A stretch of DNA of 64,000 nucleotides, taken from IMG/VR virus record IMGVR_UViG_3300023053_000008, positions 16,415-80,414 of that record; one strand, given 5' to 3'. This document shows, one piece after another, positions 47,592 to 57,006 of the stretch; the first letter of the stretch is position 1; each line of letters begins with the position of its first letter. Both the position numbers and the translations under genes were made by a program. Source of the DNA: a virus. Its lineage: Duplodnaviria; Caudoviricetes. A model generated the notes under the pieces. It did no database searches. It was given only the letters and a program-made list of their open reading frames with translations, and had not been told where the DNA came from.

Positions 47592-47978
47592 ATGTTAGAA
47601 TTTGTAAACTTAAAAGATATTGAAACTAAAGGAAAGGATTTACCAGAAGTATTGGTGAATTATTTCAAACCAGATTTAGAAGTGTTAGACTCTGAATATG
47701 GTGTTGACCGAGGGGATTATCTTAAAGAAGATGGAGGATATGTTGCTATCCTAGAAGACAGTAAAGACTTTGAAACTATCAAAGAAAGACATGATGTAGA
47801 TATTTTAAGTGAGGATGCAGTATCAGAATTTAATGACAAGATTATTGCAGGAGATAAAGAGTATATTGGATTCTTATTCTTAATCCATAATGAATTTGGA
47901 TTGAAAGTGATTTGTGAGACTAAACTTTTACCAGAAGATTCTTCATATCTATATGATATCTTTGAGACATTTGAATAA
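47592..47978 (+). CDS. Acidic hypothetical protein (start moved to the ATG at 47592)
   Basis: RBS AAAGGAG; isolated plus-strand gene with its own terminator. Confidence 0.78.
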   Translation: MLEFVNLKDIETKGKDLPEVLVNYFKPDLEVLDSEYGVDRGDYLKEDGGYVAILEDSKDFETIKERHDVDILSEDAVSEFNDKIIAGDKEYIGFLFLIHNEFGLKVICETKLLPEDSSYLYDIFETFE

Positions 47979-47984
47979 ATAATA

Positions 47985-48035
47985 AAAATGGATAATAAGA
48001 ATTTAATCTTATTATCCATTATTTTTTTTTTTTAC
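47985..48035. terminator. Terminator between convergent genes
   Basis: ATGGATAATAAGA/TCTTATTATCCAT stem with flanking A and T runs. Confidence 0.8.
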
Positions 48036-49009
48036 TCGGTTTCAATACCAAATTGTCTAGCAGTTCTTTCCCATCTAAGTTTAAGTTCATCATCGCTTTT
48101 AATTTGAGGTGTATTATTAACAGTCTCAAATTCAGTACCTTTATGATACCAATCTTGAATAGATTTGTTAGTGGATACAGTATAATTAAATGCTGAATGA
48201 ATACCTGCTGATACAACAAATGTTAGAATTCTATTTTGTTTATCAGTAAGCTTATTAAACTTAAGTTTATGAATTGCATATGTTACAAAGTGCATAATGA
48301 TTGCAGGTGTTCTTAGTTTAAATAAAGTCTTAACTGATACTTTCTTACCTAACATTTTTGAAATCTGGAAGAAATATAGTCCAGTCTCAAATAAGTTAAA
48401 TACTGCAATAAATGTATTACCGAATTTAAATTTAATTGAGTATTGTTTAGCAAATTCTTCAGTAATAGGCGCTACAATTGATGATGTTACTAACATAGAA
48501 ATTGTTGGTGTTAAGAATAGTGCTAGAATTGCCGCTAAAAGACTATTAACGACTAATACAACATAACATAAACCAATTGAATTTATAATATCTTTCTTAC
48601 TAAATTTACCATCATTATAAATTGATACAAAGTTTCTTTGAATAGAACCAACATTCTTATCATAAAGAGCGTTTACTGATTTAGTAATCTCATTAGAGAA
48701 GTTTTTGATATTATTTTCATTCAATTTAAGGAATTTAATTTGACCGAAGATTCTTCTAGCTTCTTCATTAATTTCCTTTTGTAGTTCTTTACCATTGAAT
48801 AAACGTGTTACTTCCTTATTCTCTTTAACTTGGGACGTAGCAGATTCCATTAATAATCTATGATCCTCACGAACATCTTTAAATTCTTCTCGTAAGTCAT
48901 TAAACGTCATATTTTCAAAATCACACATCTCTACAAATTCCATCAAAGCTTTAGAGATTATATCATTATTTTCCATATATTTAACATCTTCTAAATGCAC
49001 TAGTGTCAT
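48032..49009 (-). CDS. PrsW-like intramembrane glutamic protease with an N-terminal soluble extension
   Basis: APITEEFAK (EExxK), FNLFETG (FxxxE), AIIMHFV, AGIHSAFN (HxxxN) on hydrophobic helices. Confidence 0.68.
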   Translation of the reverse strand: MTLVHLEDVKYMENNDIISKALMEFVEMCDFENMTFNDLREEFKDVREDHRLLMESATSQVKENKEVTRLFNGKELQKEINEEARRIFGQIKFLKLNENNIKNFSNEITKSVNALYDKNVGSIQRNFVSIYNDGKFSKKDIINSIGLCYVVLVVNSLLAAILALFLTPTISMLVTSSIVAPITEEFAKQYSIKFKFGNTFIAVFNLFETGLYFFQISKMLGKKVSVKTLFKLRTPAIIMHFVTYAIHKLKFNKLTDKQNRILTFVVSAGIHSAFNYTVSTNKSIQDWYHKGTEFETVNNTPQIKSDDELKLRWERTARQFGIETE

Positions 49010-49021
49010 TACTTATTCCCC

Positions 49022-50185
49022 TTACTTAATAGTTTGTGTATCTGAGATTAGTAATGTGAAGTAAGTATAAAGACCTTTACGGTAATTATTCTTAGTTGCT
49101 TCCCTCTCAGTATTCATATAGCGTTCACTATTCTTATTTAAGAAATAGTCCAATAAATCTTTAATTTGAATAATTGCTTCATCCTTAGTATTACTTCTAG
49201 AATATACTGAGATAGAATAAGCAATGAACTTTTGAGTAGCAATTGTATCATAACTATTCTTACTATCATTTAGATATACTTGAAGTATTAAACGAATTAA
49301 ATCTCTCACCTTAGATGATTCATTTTCCTTGATATTATGAATAGCGTTGTTTAATGTAGGTGTATCACAATTAGCCATTTTAGCCGCAATTCTTAATATC
49401 TTTTGGTTGATACTTGTAGAGAAGAACTTGATACTTACTTTTTCAGACAACTGAGTTATAAGACCTGATAAGTTCTCAGTTTCATAGTAGTTTTCTTCAT
49501 CATTAGAATCCTGTTGAGTATTTAAATAATTACCTTCTTTATGATTATAATGATATTCTCCTGCAAAGTTTCTTATAAGGTTATTTAGACGTGAACGAAG
49601 ATTAATGAAATAATCAGTAATATTTTTGTCATCACCTTTAATTAAATCCTTATAATAAGTTTCATGTGAAGTAATAGCAGTATGATAAATAGCTTTAATA
49701 ACAACTCCATACTGTTTAAATAAATATTTATTACTTACATTATTTATTGTATATTGCATTATATTTTCATTAGGTGGATATTTAAAATATTTATATTGTA
49801 ATGATGAATATAATGACAATGAGAGGAAAAGTAGAGCATTATTGATGCCATCTTTGTCCTTTCGGATAGTAAAATCTCTAATAATCAACGTCATTAATAC
49901 GTTAAAAGGTTCGTTAGATATTTTCCATTTACTATCAAGATGTTTAAGTTCTTTAAGATTATTTACAATTGATTCTTTTTCTATTCCAACTAATTTGTAA
50001 ATAGGTTCACGTTCATATTTATCAGAGAAATAGAGACGATATGAAGGAGCGTTATGATAGAGAATCTGATTGTTTTTATCTACGTACTTTTGAATGGATT
50101 TAATAAATGTATTCTTATTTTCCTTATTTCTAAAAGTACTTTCAATCTTAGGTGATAAGGTACTGATAAGTAGAGAATTAGTCAT
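49022..50185 (-). CDS. Conserved-looking late hypothetical protein (all-helical)
   Basis: 387 aa, RBS AGGAGG, late promoter motif upstream. Confidence 0.8.
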   Translation of the reverse strand: MTNSLLISTLSPKIESTFRNKENKNTFIKSIQKYVDKNNQILYHNAPSYRLYFSDKYEREPIYKLVGIEKESIVNNLKELKHLDSKWKISNEPFNVLMTLIIRDFTIRKDKDGINNALLFLSLSLYSSLQYKYFKYPPNENIMQYTINNVSNKYLFKQYGVVIKAIYHTAITSHETYYKDLIKGDDKNITDYFINLRSRLNNLIRNFAGEYHYNHKEGNYLNTQQDSNDEENYYETENLSGLITQLSEKVSIKFFSTSINQKILRIAAKMANCDTPTLNNAIHNIKENESSKVRDLIRLILQVYLNDSKNSYDTIATQKFIAYSISVYSRSNTKDEAIIQIKDLLDYFLNKNSERYMNTEREATKNNYRKGLYTYFTLLISDTQTIK

Positions 50186-50225
50186 AATTTACCTCCTTTT
50201 ATATTTATGTAACGATTTATGCTAA

Positions 50226-50237
50226 TAATTAATTGTT
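50226..50237 (-). promoter_or_regulatory. Late promoter motif AACA-N6-TA
   Basis: Minus strand AACA ATTAAT TA. Confidence 0.7.
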
Positions 50238-50248
50238 GAGAAAAAAAA

Positions 50249-50285
50249 AATAAAGAATCGATTTATTGAAAACCGATTCTTTATT
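50249..50285 (-). terminator. Terminator after gyrA
   Basis: A run then AATAAAGAATCG/CGATTCTTTATT. Confidence 0.75.
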
Positions 50286-50295
50286 TTTATATTAT

Positions 50296-52713
50296 TTAAA
50301 TCATGCAAGCATCTAGGATAGTTTCCTTGTCTGCTAAACGTTTAATAATTACTCCATATGCTGGACGTAATAAGAACTTGATATCTGCTGTATTAATATT
50401 GATAATACTTGTATTAGATATTACTACCATGTTAGACTCTTCATTGAATGATAGACATTTAACTGCTTTATCATCACCTTTAAGTCTGATAGCAATACGT
50501 CCTTTACCTGCTCTTCTTTGAGGTGGGAATTCATCCATACTTACTTTCTTACCTAGACCATCTCTAGTCATTACAACAATACCTTTAGTATCTTCTGTTA
50601 CCACATTTAATGATGCAATAACATTATCTTCATTAATTTCAGAAGCATCAAAGATATTAGAACCAAAAGTAGGACGTAATGTTACTGGGATCTCAGTCTT
50701 ATCAAAGTGAATTGCATTACCTTTAGAATTTAATGCTAATACAGAGAAGTCATTATTAATATTCTCAGCTTCAACAGCAATTACTTCATCACCATCATTT
50801 AATTTAGTTGCAATCATTCCAGACTTACCTAAACGTTTAAATTCTAGAATAGATGTTAATTTAATTTTACCCATCTTAGTTGCAATCAATAAATGGATAT
50901 CTTCATTTTTCAATTCATCATTTGTGATGTTAATAATATTTACAACAGTCTCACCGTTTACAAGATGTGAGATATTAGATCCAAATGATTGAATAGAAGT
51001 ATCTTGTAGTTCATAACACTTGTAAGCATATACTTTACCAGTATTTGTAAACATCAAGATGTTATCTTTAGAATTTACTTGTAAGATAGATTTAGCAACA
51101 TCATCTTCTTTAATTCTACCGATATTAAGTCCTTTACCTCCACGCTTCTGATCTTTAATATTACTTTCAATCTTCTTAAGGTAGTTATTTCTTGTAAAGA
51201 TAATTAAGTAATTTTTATCAGGAATAATTGTCTCAATATTAAGTGAATCTTTAGTATTAATATTGCTTACATTTGTAGTTTGTTTTGCTTTACCATATTT
51301 CTTTCCAAGAGCTGTTAATTCATCAATGATATATCCATCAATTTTAGACGGATTAGATAAATATGAAACTTCATCATCTACTTTAGCTTGTAATTCATCT
51401 CTCTCTTTAGCGATTTCTTTAACCTCTAATTGATTGATACGAATTAGTTTAATATCAGTAATATGATCAACTTGTTTTTCTGTAAAGTCATATTTTTCCA
51501 TTAATTTATCTTTAGCATGTTGTTTTGATTTAGCTTTCTTGATAATTTCAATTACAGTATCAATATTATCTGGATGTAGAGCAATTAATAAACCATCTAG
51601 TAAATGAATACGATAGTTATGTTTACGGATATACTCCATTTTAATACGTTTAATAGTATCTTTACGATATTGAACCCAGTCCATAATTAGTTCTTTAATA
51701 TCATAAATAATAAATTTATCATTCTTTGTTGCAATTAAATTAAATGCTAATGTTGTTTGACATTGTGTAAATTTATATAATTTATTTCTAACCATTTCTA
51801 AGTCAGCATCTTTTTTAACATAGATGTATAACTCAATATTACCAGCTCTAGATTCATTCTGAACGTCTTTTAATTCAGGGATTTGCTTCTCATCCCATGC
51901 TTCTTTAATTGATGCACGAATAGTACTAAGTTTCTTCATATAAGGAACACTTCTTAAAATTAGACGATGTTTCTTCTCATCAATATCAATTGTAGAACGC
52001 ATTACCATTTTACTAACACCTGTACGATAAGCATCTTTTGCTTCTTCAATATTAATAATCTCACAACCTGTTGGAATATCAGGATGGAAGTCAGCAATAA
52101 ATTCTTCAATATCAATATCTGGATTCTTAATTAATTCAATTGTCTTACTAATTGTTTTAGCTACATTGTGCGGTGGAAAACATACTGAATATCCTGCCGC
52201 AATACCAAACGCTCCATTAATAACGTACATTGGTAATTTAGCAGGAAGCGATGCTGGCTCTTTAGTAGTATTATCAAAGTTAGGTACAAAGTTAACTGAA
52301 TTATCATTAAGATTATCTAACATTACTTCCTCTGCAAATTTATCCAAGCGTGCTTCTGTATAACGCATAGCGGCTGCTGGATCACCATATATAGTACCAA
52401 AATTACCATGTGGGTCTAATAAGATTTTACTATTTGAATAATCTTCAGTCATATTTACAATTGCATCATAGATAGAAGAATCACCTTTAGGGTGAAGTCT
52501 ACCAATAACATCACCCACGATTCTTGCACTCTTCATATACTTTTTAGTAGAGCTTGCACCTAAATGATTCATAGAATATAAAATACGACGATGAATAAGT
52601 TTTAAACCATCACGAACATCTGGAATTGCACGACGTAATAAAATCTCGTCATAATAATCAACCATATTATCTTTCTGAATATCACTTAAATCCTTTTCAA
52701 TAATTCTAGACAT
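50296..52713 (-). CDS. gyrA: DNA gyrase/type IIA topoisomerase subunit A with beta-pinwheel CTD
   Basis: RAIPDVRDGLK, HPKGDSSIY, catalytic AAMRYTEARL, GyrA-box-like QKRGGKG, repeated CTD blades. Confidence 0.95.
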   Translation of the reverse strand: MSRIIEKDLSDIQKDNMVDYYDEILLRRAIPDVRDGLKLIHRRILYSMNHLGASSTKKYMKSARIVGDVIGRLHPKGDSSIYDAIVNMTEDYSNSKILLDPHGNFGTIYGDPAAAMRYTEARLDKFAEEVMLDNLNDNSVNFVPNFDNTTKEPASLPAKLPMYVINGAFGIAAGYSVCFPPHNVAKTISKTIELIKNPDIDIEEFIADFHPDIPTGCEIINIEEAKDAYRTGVSKMVMRSTIDIDEKKHRLILRSVPYMKKLSTIRASIKEAWDEKQIPELKDVQNESRAGNIELYIYVKKDADLEMVRNKLYKFTQCQTTLAFNLIATKNDKFIIYDIKELIMDWVQYRKDTIKRIKMEYIRKHNYRIHLLDGLLIALHPDNIDTVIEIIKKAKSKQHAKDKLMEKYDFTEKQVDHITDIKLIRINQLEVKEIAKERDELQAKVDDEVSYLSNPSKIDGYIIDELTALGKKYGKAKQTTNVSNINTKDSLNIETIIPDKNYLIIFTRNNYLKKIESNIKDQKRGGKGLNIGRIKEDDVAKSILQVNSKDNILMFTNTGKVYAYKCYELQDTSIQSFGSNISHLVNGETVVNIINITNDELKNEDIHLLIATKMGKIKLTSILEFKRLGKSGMIATKLNDGDEVIAVEAENINNDFSVLALNSKGNAIHFDKTEIPVTLRPTFGSNIFDASEINEDNVIASLNVVTEDTKGIVVMTRDGLGKKVSMDEFPPQRRAGKGRIAIRLKGDDKAVKCLSFNEESNMVVISNTSIININTADIKFLLRPAYGVIIKRLADKETILDACMI

Positions 52714-52743
52714 ATTAAATAATTCTCCTCTTGTTGTATATTT

Positions 52744-53430
52744 TTATTTTAACATTTCTTTTAATTCTTCTTCATATTTCCCCTCGGTAAACTCAACAAA
52801 TGTTTTGTGTCCGATAAAGTAATTAATTTGCATATTAAAGTTTTCTATTTGAGTAAATAGATGTGTACCAGAACCAGACAGATTTGCACTATTTTTAATT
52901 ATTCCAATATCAAGAGTTCCATCTAATAACATTTCTACTACACGACCCGAATATTTAACTAATGATTCAATAAGTTCTTTTTCCATTTCATTCAATTGAT
53001 TAAAGAAGAATGTACCAGTAATATCTTTAGTACCAGTTCCTGAATACTCTAGGAATAATCTTTCAATCCAACCAAGAGTTTTACTTCTTATTTTCATTTC
53101 AATATCAACATTTCTGATTGTAATATCATCTAAGATTTTATTGAAAGCTTTAAATGTGTTATAAGCTAGTGGTTCATCATCATTTTCATAAGCCCAATAC
53201 TTACCATTAACAATTGTATCAGCATTGTAATTTCCTTTAATGAAATTAACAAATAGATCTTTTACTAATTCATTTTCATTTAATTTCTCTATCACATATC
53301 TTTGGTACAATGGCAGATTTTGAAAAGCATGTTGTTCCATTATGCCAACATCTTTATTTCCACATAAATATATAATATAGTTTGATAACCATTCAGGTGA
53401 TTGTAAGTTAACTTTTTCTACTGCAGTCAT
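52744..53430 (-). CDS. Paralogue-array protein (two copies of module A)
   Basis: NLQSPEWLSNYI...AFNKILD, internal repeat. Confidence 0.8.
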   Translation of the reverse strand: MTAVEKVNLQSPEWLSNYIIYLCGNKDVGIMEQHAFQNLPLYQRYVIEKLNENELVKDLFVNFIKGNYNADTIVNGKYWAYENDDEPLAYNTFKAFNKILDDITIRNVDIEMKIRSKTLGWIERLFLEYSGTGTKDITGTFFFNQLNEMEKELIESLVKYSGRVVEMLLDGTLDIGIIKNSANLSGSGTHLFTQIENFNMQINYFIGHKTFVEFTEGKYEEELKEMLK

Positions 53431-54128
53431 TATTTGTTCTCTCCCTTGTTTAATTCCATATATGATTTCTCAACTTGGTCATAAATAAAATCACCAACTA
53501 TAGAAATAAATTTATTAATTTCATTTAATAGTTTTACATCTGAATCATTTCTTAACTTAGCATTATTATAAACATCATTTAAATTAATAATACCTGTTAA
53601 TAACTTATCTACTACTCTTTTTGAATCCTCATCAAGATATTTCAATAATTTAACTTTGTCCTCATTTCCTCCACCTTCAACGATTTTAATTAAAGCGTTA
53701 TCTGAAAGACATTTATATCCTGATGCTTTACATGATGTAATATAAGTATCTAACCAACTCTTAATTCTATTTTCAATTATTCCTTCTTTTTTAATTCTTC
53801 TTACTGCAAAATCGTCTAAAGCATCATTGAAATGCATAATATAATTGAATAACTTTTCATCATTCTTTTTCTCAAAGTTTCGTCTTATCATAACCATAGG
53901 ATCATAAATACCTAATAAAATATTATCAATAAATTCTTTTGTAATCTTATTCTCCTCTAATTCAACTAATAAACGTTGTCTAATTGCAGATAGATATGAG
54001 AATTGACCATTAACAACAATATTCTTATCCCCATTTTGAATAGAACTTCTTAAATAGATACCCATCCATTTAGGCATTTCTAAAACAGTAATCTCTTTCT
54101 CTTCTGCTTTATACGTGTGTTTAATCAT
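53430..54128 (-). CDS. Paralogue-array protein (two copies of module A)
   Basis: VLEMPKWMGIYL...HFNDALD, internal repeat. Confidence 0.8.
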   Translation of the reverse strand: MIKHTYKAEEKEITVLEMPKWMGIYLRSSIQNGDKNIVVNGQFSYLSAIRQRLLVELEENKITKEFIDNILLGIYDPMVMIRRNFEKKNDEKLFNYIMHFNDALDDFAVRRIKKEGIIENRIKSWLDTYITSCKASGYKCLSDNALIKIVEGGGNEDKVKLLKYLDEDSKRVVDKLLTGIINLNDVYNNAKLRNDSDVKLLNEINKFISIVGDFIYDQVEKSYMELNKGENK

Positions 54129-54315
54129 AAATAAATCTCCTCCAATAAATTATATATTATTATACAGATTTATAATATATTATTACAAAGTCATTTAAAT
54201 TTTTAATAATTAATACTTATTAATATAAAATATTATCTATATTATAATTTATAAAAATAACTCATTTATGCTACAATTAATTATTCAAAAATTACCAAAA
54301 AAATAAAGACTATCA

Positions 54316-55137
54316 TTATAGATAGTCTTCCTCACTTAACCCTACATATTTTCTAAGGTTAGCAAGTTCTTTAAATATTTCTAGAGTTGACACTTTGTTA
54401 TTAAATATATTTGCACTAAAATCTTTCTCTGCATCCAGTATGATATATGGTAATGCATCACCATTATACATTTCAAATTCATTAACATCTATTTTATCTT
54501 TAGGATCACCTTTAAGAACGATATATTTATCATCAACTGGATTTCTTACTAATACTTTATAAGCATGGTACATGTTAACTTTCTTACCATTGAAATTACC
54601 CATTAAAGACATTTTAAGATTAGAGGTTCTCTTTTCAACTATTTCTTCTTTAGTTAATACTTCTTTATCTATGTCTTCATATAAGAAATCATAAATAGAA
54701 TTAAAGAATGGATCTGAAATAATTTCACCTTCTCGGTTAATTGGCATTCTTTTTCTTTCACCAATTAGATACATGTATTCATCCTTATCTCTCATTTCAT
54801 CACATATCTTAGCTATTTCTTCAAAAATTGGAACAGCATTTCTATTAAAATCAGTTCCATATAAGAATAAATTCTCTATACAGAATTTACCACTATTAAT
54901 CTGCTCTAGAGAAAGGTTATGGATATTAGGATGCTGGAACTTAGTGATATCCAAATTATTATCTCTCTGTTTTAATACTAGTATTCTTCCATCAACTGGG
55001 TTCCTAGCTATAACATTTGTAGATATTTCAATAAATCTATAAGAGTATAATACCATATTTCTTAATTTAGAAATTAATTTATTTACATCCACTAAAGCTT
55101 CTTTTCTGTTTTTATTTACATCTTCATATAATCCCAT
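54316..55137 (-). CDS. Paralogue-array protein (two copies of module C)
   Basis: VIARNPVDGRILVLK and VLVRNPVDDKYIVLK. Confidence 0.8.
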   Translation of the reverse strand: MGLYEDVNKNRKEALVDVNKLISKLRNMVLYSYRFIEISTNVIARNPVDGRILVLKQRDNNLDITKFQHPNIHNLSLEQINSGKFCIENLFLYGTDFNRNAVPIFEEIAKICDEMRDKDEYMYLIGERKRMPINREGEIISDPFFNSIYDFLYEDIDKEVLTKEEIVEKRTSNLKMSLMGNFNGKKVNMYHAYKVLVRNPVDDKYIVLKGDPKDKIDVNEFEMYNGDALPYIILDAEKDFSANIFNNKVSTLEIFKELANLRKYVGLSEEDYL

Positions 55138-55172
55138 TATAATTACCTCTTTCGTTTTATATTTATAAAATA

Positions 55173-55203
55173 AGGAGGATACGTAACAAATAGGTATCCT
55201 CCT
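55173..55203. terminator. Hairpin between array genes
   Basis: AGGAGGATAC/GTATCCTCCT. Confidence 0.65.
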
Positions 55204-55209
55204 GAATTA

Positions 55210-56205
55210 TTAGTATACTTCTTTTTTCTCATTGTAAAGTTCATATTCATCACATAATGATCTCAGTTCTTTAAAGAAATGTAATGCATGGTCATCAAAG
55301 TCATCTTTTGTTAATAGTAAGTTTTCCATATCGAAGATAGGTGCAATATTATCATAATCTCTATCATCTTCAATAGTTCTTCCATGATGCTCAAACTTAC
55401 TTAAATCAATATCCTGTTTAGCCCAATTTTTTACTAGAAGTAATCTTCCATCAGTTGGGTTTTTAACAATAACATTTTTAGGACTAGTTACTATTCCTTT
55501 ATGGTATTTAACCCATGTTTTAAGAAACATCTTGTTATCCTCAATCTTTTGTAAGATTGAAAATGTTTCCATACCTGTTTCTTTTTCTTTCTTTACAGGT
55601 GACGTATACTTCTTTTCTTTAACTCTATATGATTTACCATCTGTAGTAGTAATTATAGCATTGCTATTTTTAGTTAAGATATTTAATGCTTCTTTAAATT
55701 CAATTTCCTTTGGTTCTTCTACTTCAGCAGGTACTACATTTAAAGTATCACCTTCAAAATCATCTAAAGGTCTTCTTTTAATATGCTTAATTTCTATCTT
55801 TCTATCAGAATCTGAATTACTTGTTGAAAAATTAACTATCATATCAACACTATTAACCATTTTACTTGAGCTACCTAAATGCTCTTTTTCATACATTTTG
55901 CAGATTTCATTCATTCTTCGGATTGGTATGTATAGTGGATTAGATTCATTAACCATTATCTTAAATAGTGGTTGTAACTCATCTGCATTGAAACCTAAAG
56001 TGCTTCCTAATCCCATTAAGTCTAGTAATAATTCTCTTGAATTAGGTTCAGTTAGTAAAGCGTTAATTAAATCCTTTTTCTGATAATCATTTAAAGCAAT
56101 TTTATCAGTTTCTTTTGTTAAACCTTCTGCTCTGTTCTTATACTTTCTTACATCCATAATAAATCCTTTAACCCATTCTGGTAAATTTAAAGTTACTTGT
56201 CTCAT
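55210..56205 (-). CDS. Paralogue-array protein (modules A-B-C)
   Basis: TLNLPEWVKGFI; EIEFKEALNIL...DGKSYRVK; VIVKNPTDGRLLLVK. Confidence 0.8.
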   Translation of the reverse strand: MRQVTLNLPEWVKGFIMDVRKYKNRAEGLTKETDKIALNDYQKKDLINALLTEPNSRELLLDLMGLGSTLGFNADELQPLFKIMVNESNPLYIPIRRMNEICKMYEKEHLGSSSKMVNSVDMIVNFSTSNSDSDRKIEIKHIKRRPLDDFEGDTLNVVPAEVEEPKEIEFKEALNILTKNSNAIITTTDGKSYRVKEKKYTSPVKKEKETGMETFSILQKIEDNKMFLKTWVKYHKGIVTSPKNVIVKNPTDGRLLLVKNWAKQDIDLSKFEHHGRTIEDDRDYDNIAPIFDMENLLLTKDDFDDHALHFFKELRSLCDEYELYNEKKEVY

Positions 56206-56232
56206 AATATTTATTCCCCTTTTATTTTAATT

Positions 56233-56463
56233 TTATTTTACTTCTTTATAAAGCATGAATATTGAATTTATTACTATGCGATTATTTTGATCAAATGTTG
56301 ATGAGAACTTTAAATCTAATATCTTTAAAGTCATATCACATTCAGGACCAATGAATTTATTCATCTGATGTTCTGCTGTAACAACATTATCATTAACAAT
56401 TACATCTGTAAATATTTTTGGTTTAATTTCAGTATTATTAGCTATAATATTTATTGGATACAT
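56233..56463 (-). CDS. Small hypothetical protein (start moved to MYPIN)
   Basis: RBS AGGGGG before the ATG at 56463. Confidence 0.65.
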   Translation of the reverse strand: MYPINIIANNTEIKPKIFTDVIVNDNVVTAEHQMNKFIGPECDMTLKILDLKFSSTFDQNNRIVINSIFMLYKEVK

Positions 56464-56528
56464 TTCACATTCCCCCCTAGTTATATAAAATAAACCACTA
56501 GCATATTTCATACTAGTGGTCTACTATA

Positions 56529-57005
56529 TTAATTTCCTTTGATTTTAACTTTTCTTCCACTATTCAATAAGATATATTGATAGTCTTTTTCTGAATTAAC
56601 AATGCTTAGAAATTCATCAAATGATATAATTTCTACATTATCATCAACCATTGGTTCTTCTTCATCATTAATTACAGATATATGAGATGGATCATGTTCA
56701 ACGAATAATCGGTTAAGATGCACTATAGGTTCATAGATATATTCATCTTCATATACAAGAGTAATGAAAGCATCTCGTACATCTTCCTTGAAATAAGTGC
56801 CATTGCAGATACCATCAAAGACATCTGCAACAACATTATCATTTCTAATTTTATTCATTAACTCTAATTGAGTTCCAGTTAATTTAGGACTTAATTCAAA
56901 CATGCCATTCAGGAATTCACCTTTATTAGCATACTTTCTAAGTTCTTTCATATAAAATTTAAGCCATTCTGGTGCAATTAATTTTGTTTTAGCTTTAACT
57001 ACCAT
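56529..57005 (-). CDS. Paralogue-array protein (modules A-B; start moved to MVVKAK)
   Basis: RBS GAGGAGG; KLIAPEWLKFYM; ISFDEFLSIV...SGRKVKIK. Confidence 0.8.
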   Translation of the reverse strand: MVVKAKTKLIAPEWLKFYMKELRKYANKGEFLNGMFELSPKLTGTQLELMNKIRNDNVVADVFDGICNGTYFKEDVRDAFITLVYEDEYIYEPIVHLNRLFVEHDPSHISVINDEEEPMVDDNVEIISFDEFLSIVNSEKDYQYILLNSGRKVKIKGN

Positions 57006-57006
57006 A

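Noticed and set aside
3686-52713. Inteins or introns in polB, terL, RNAP, recA, ligA or gyrA, as occur in some related phages
   Set aside because: The ORFs are continuous, of expected length, and show no C...HN intein ends or homing-endonuclease inserts
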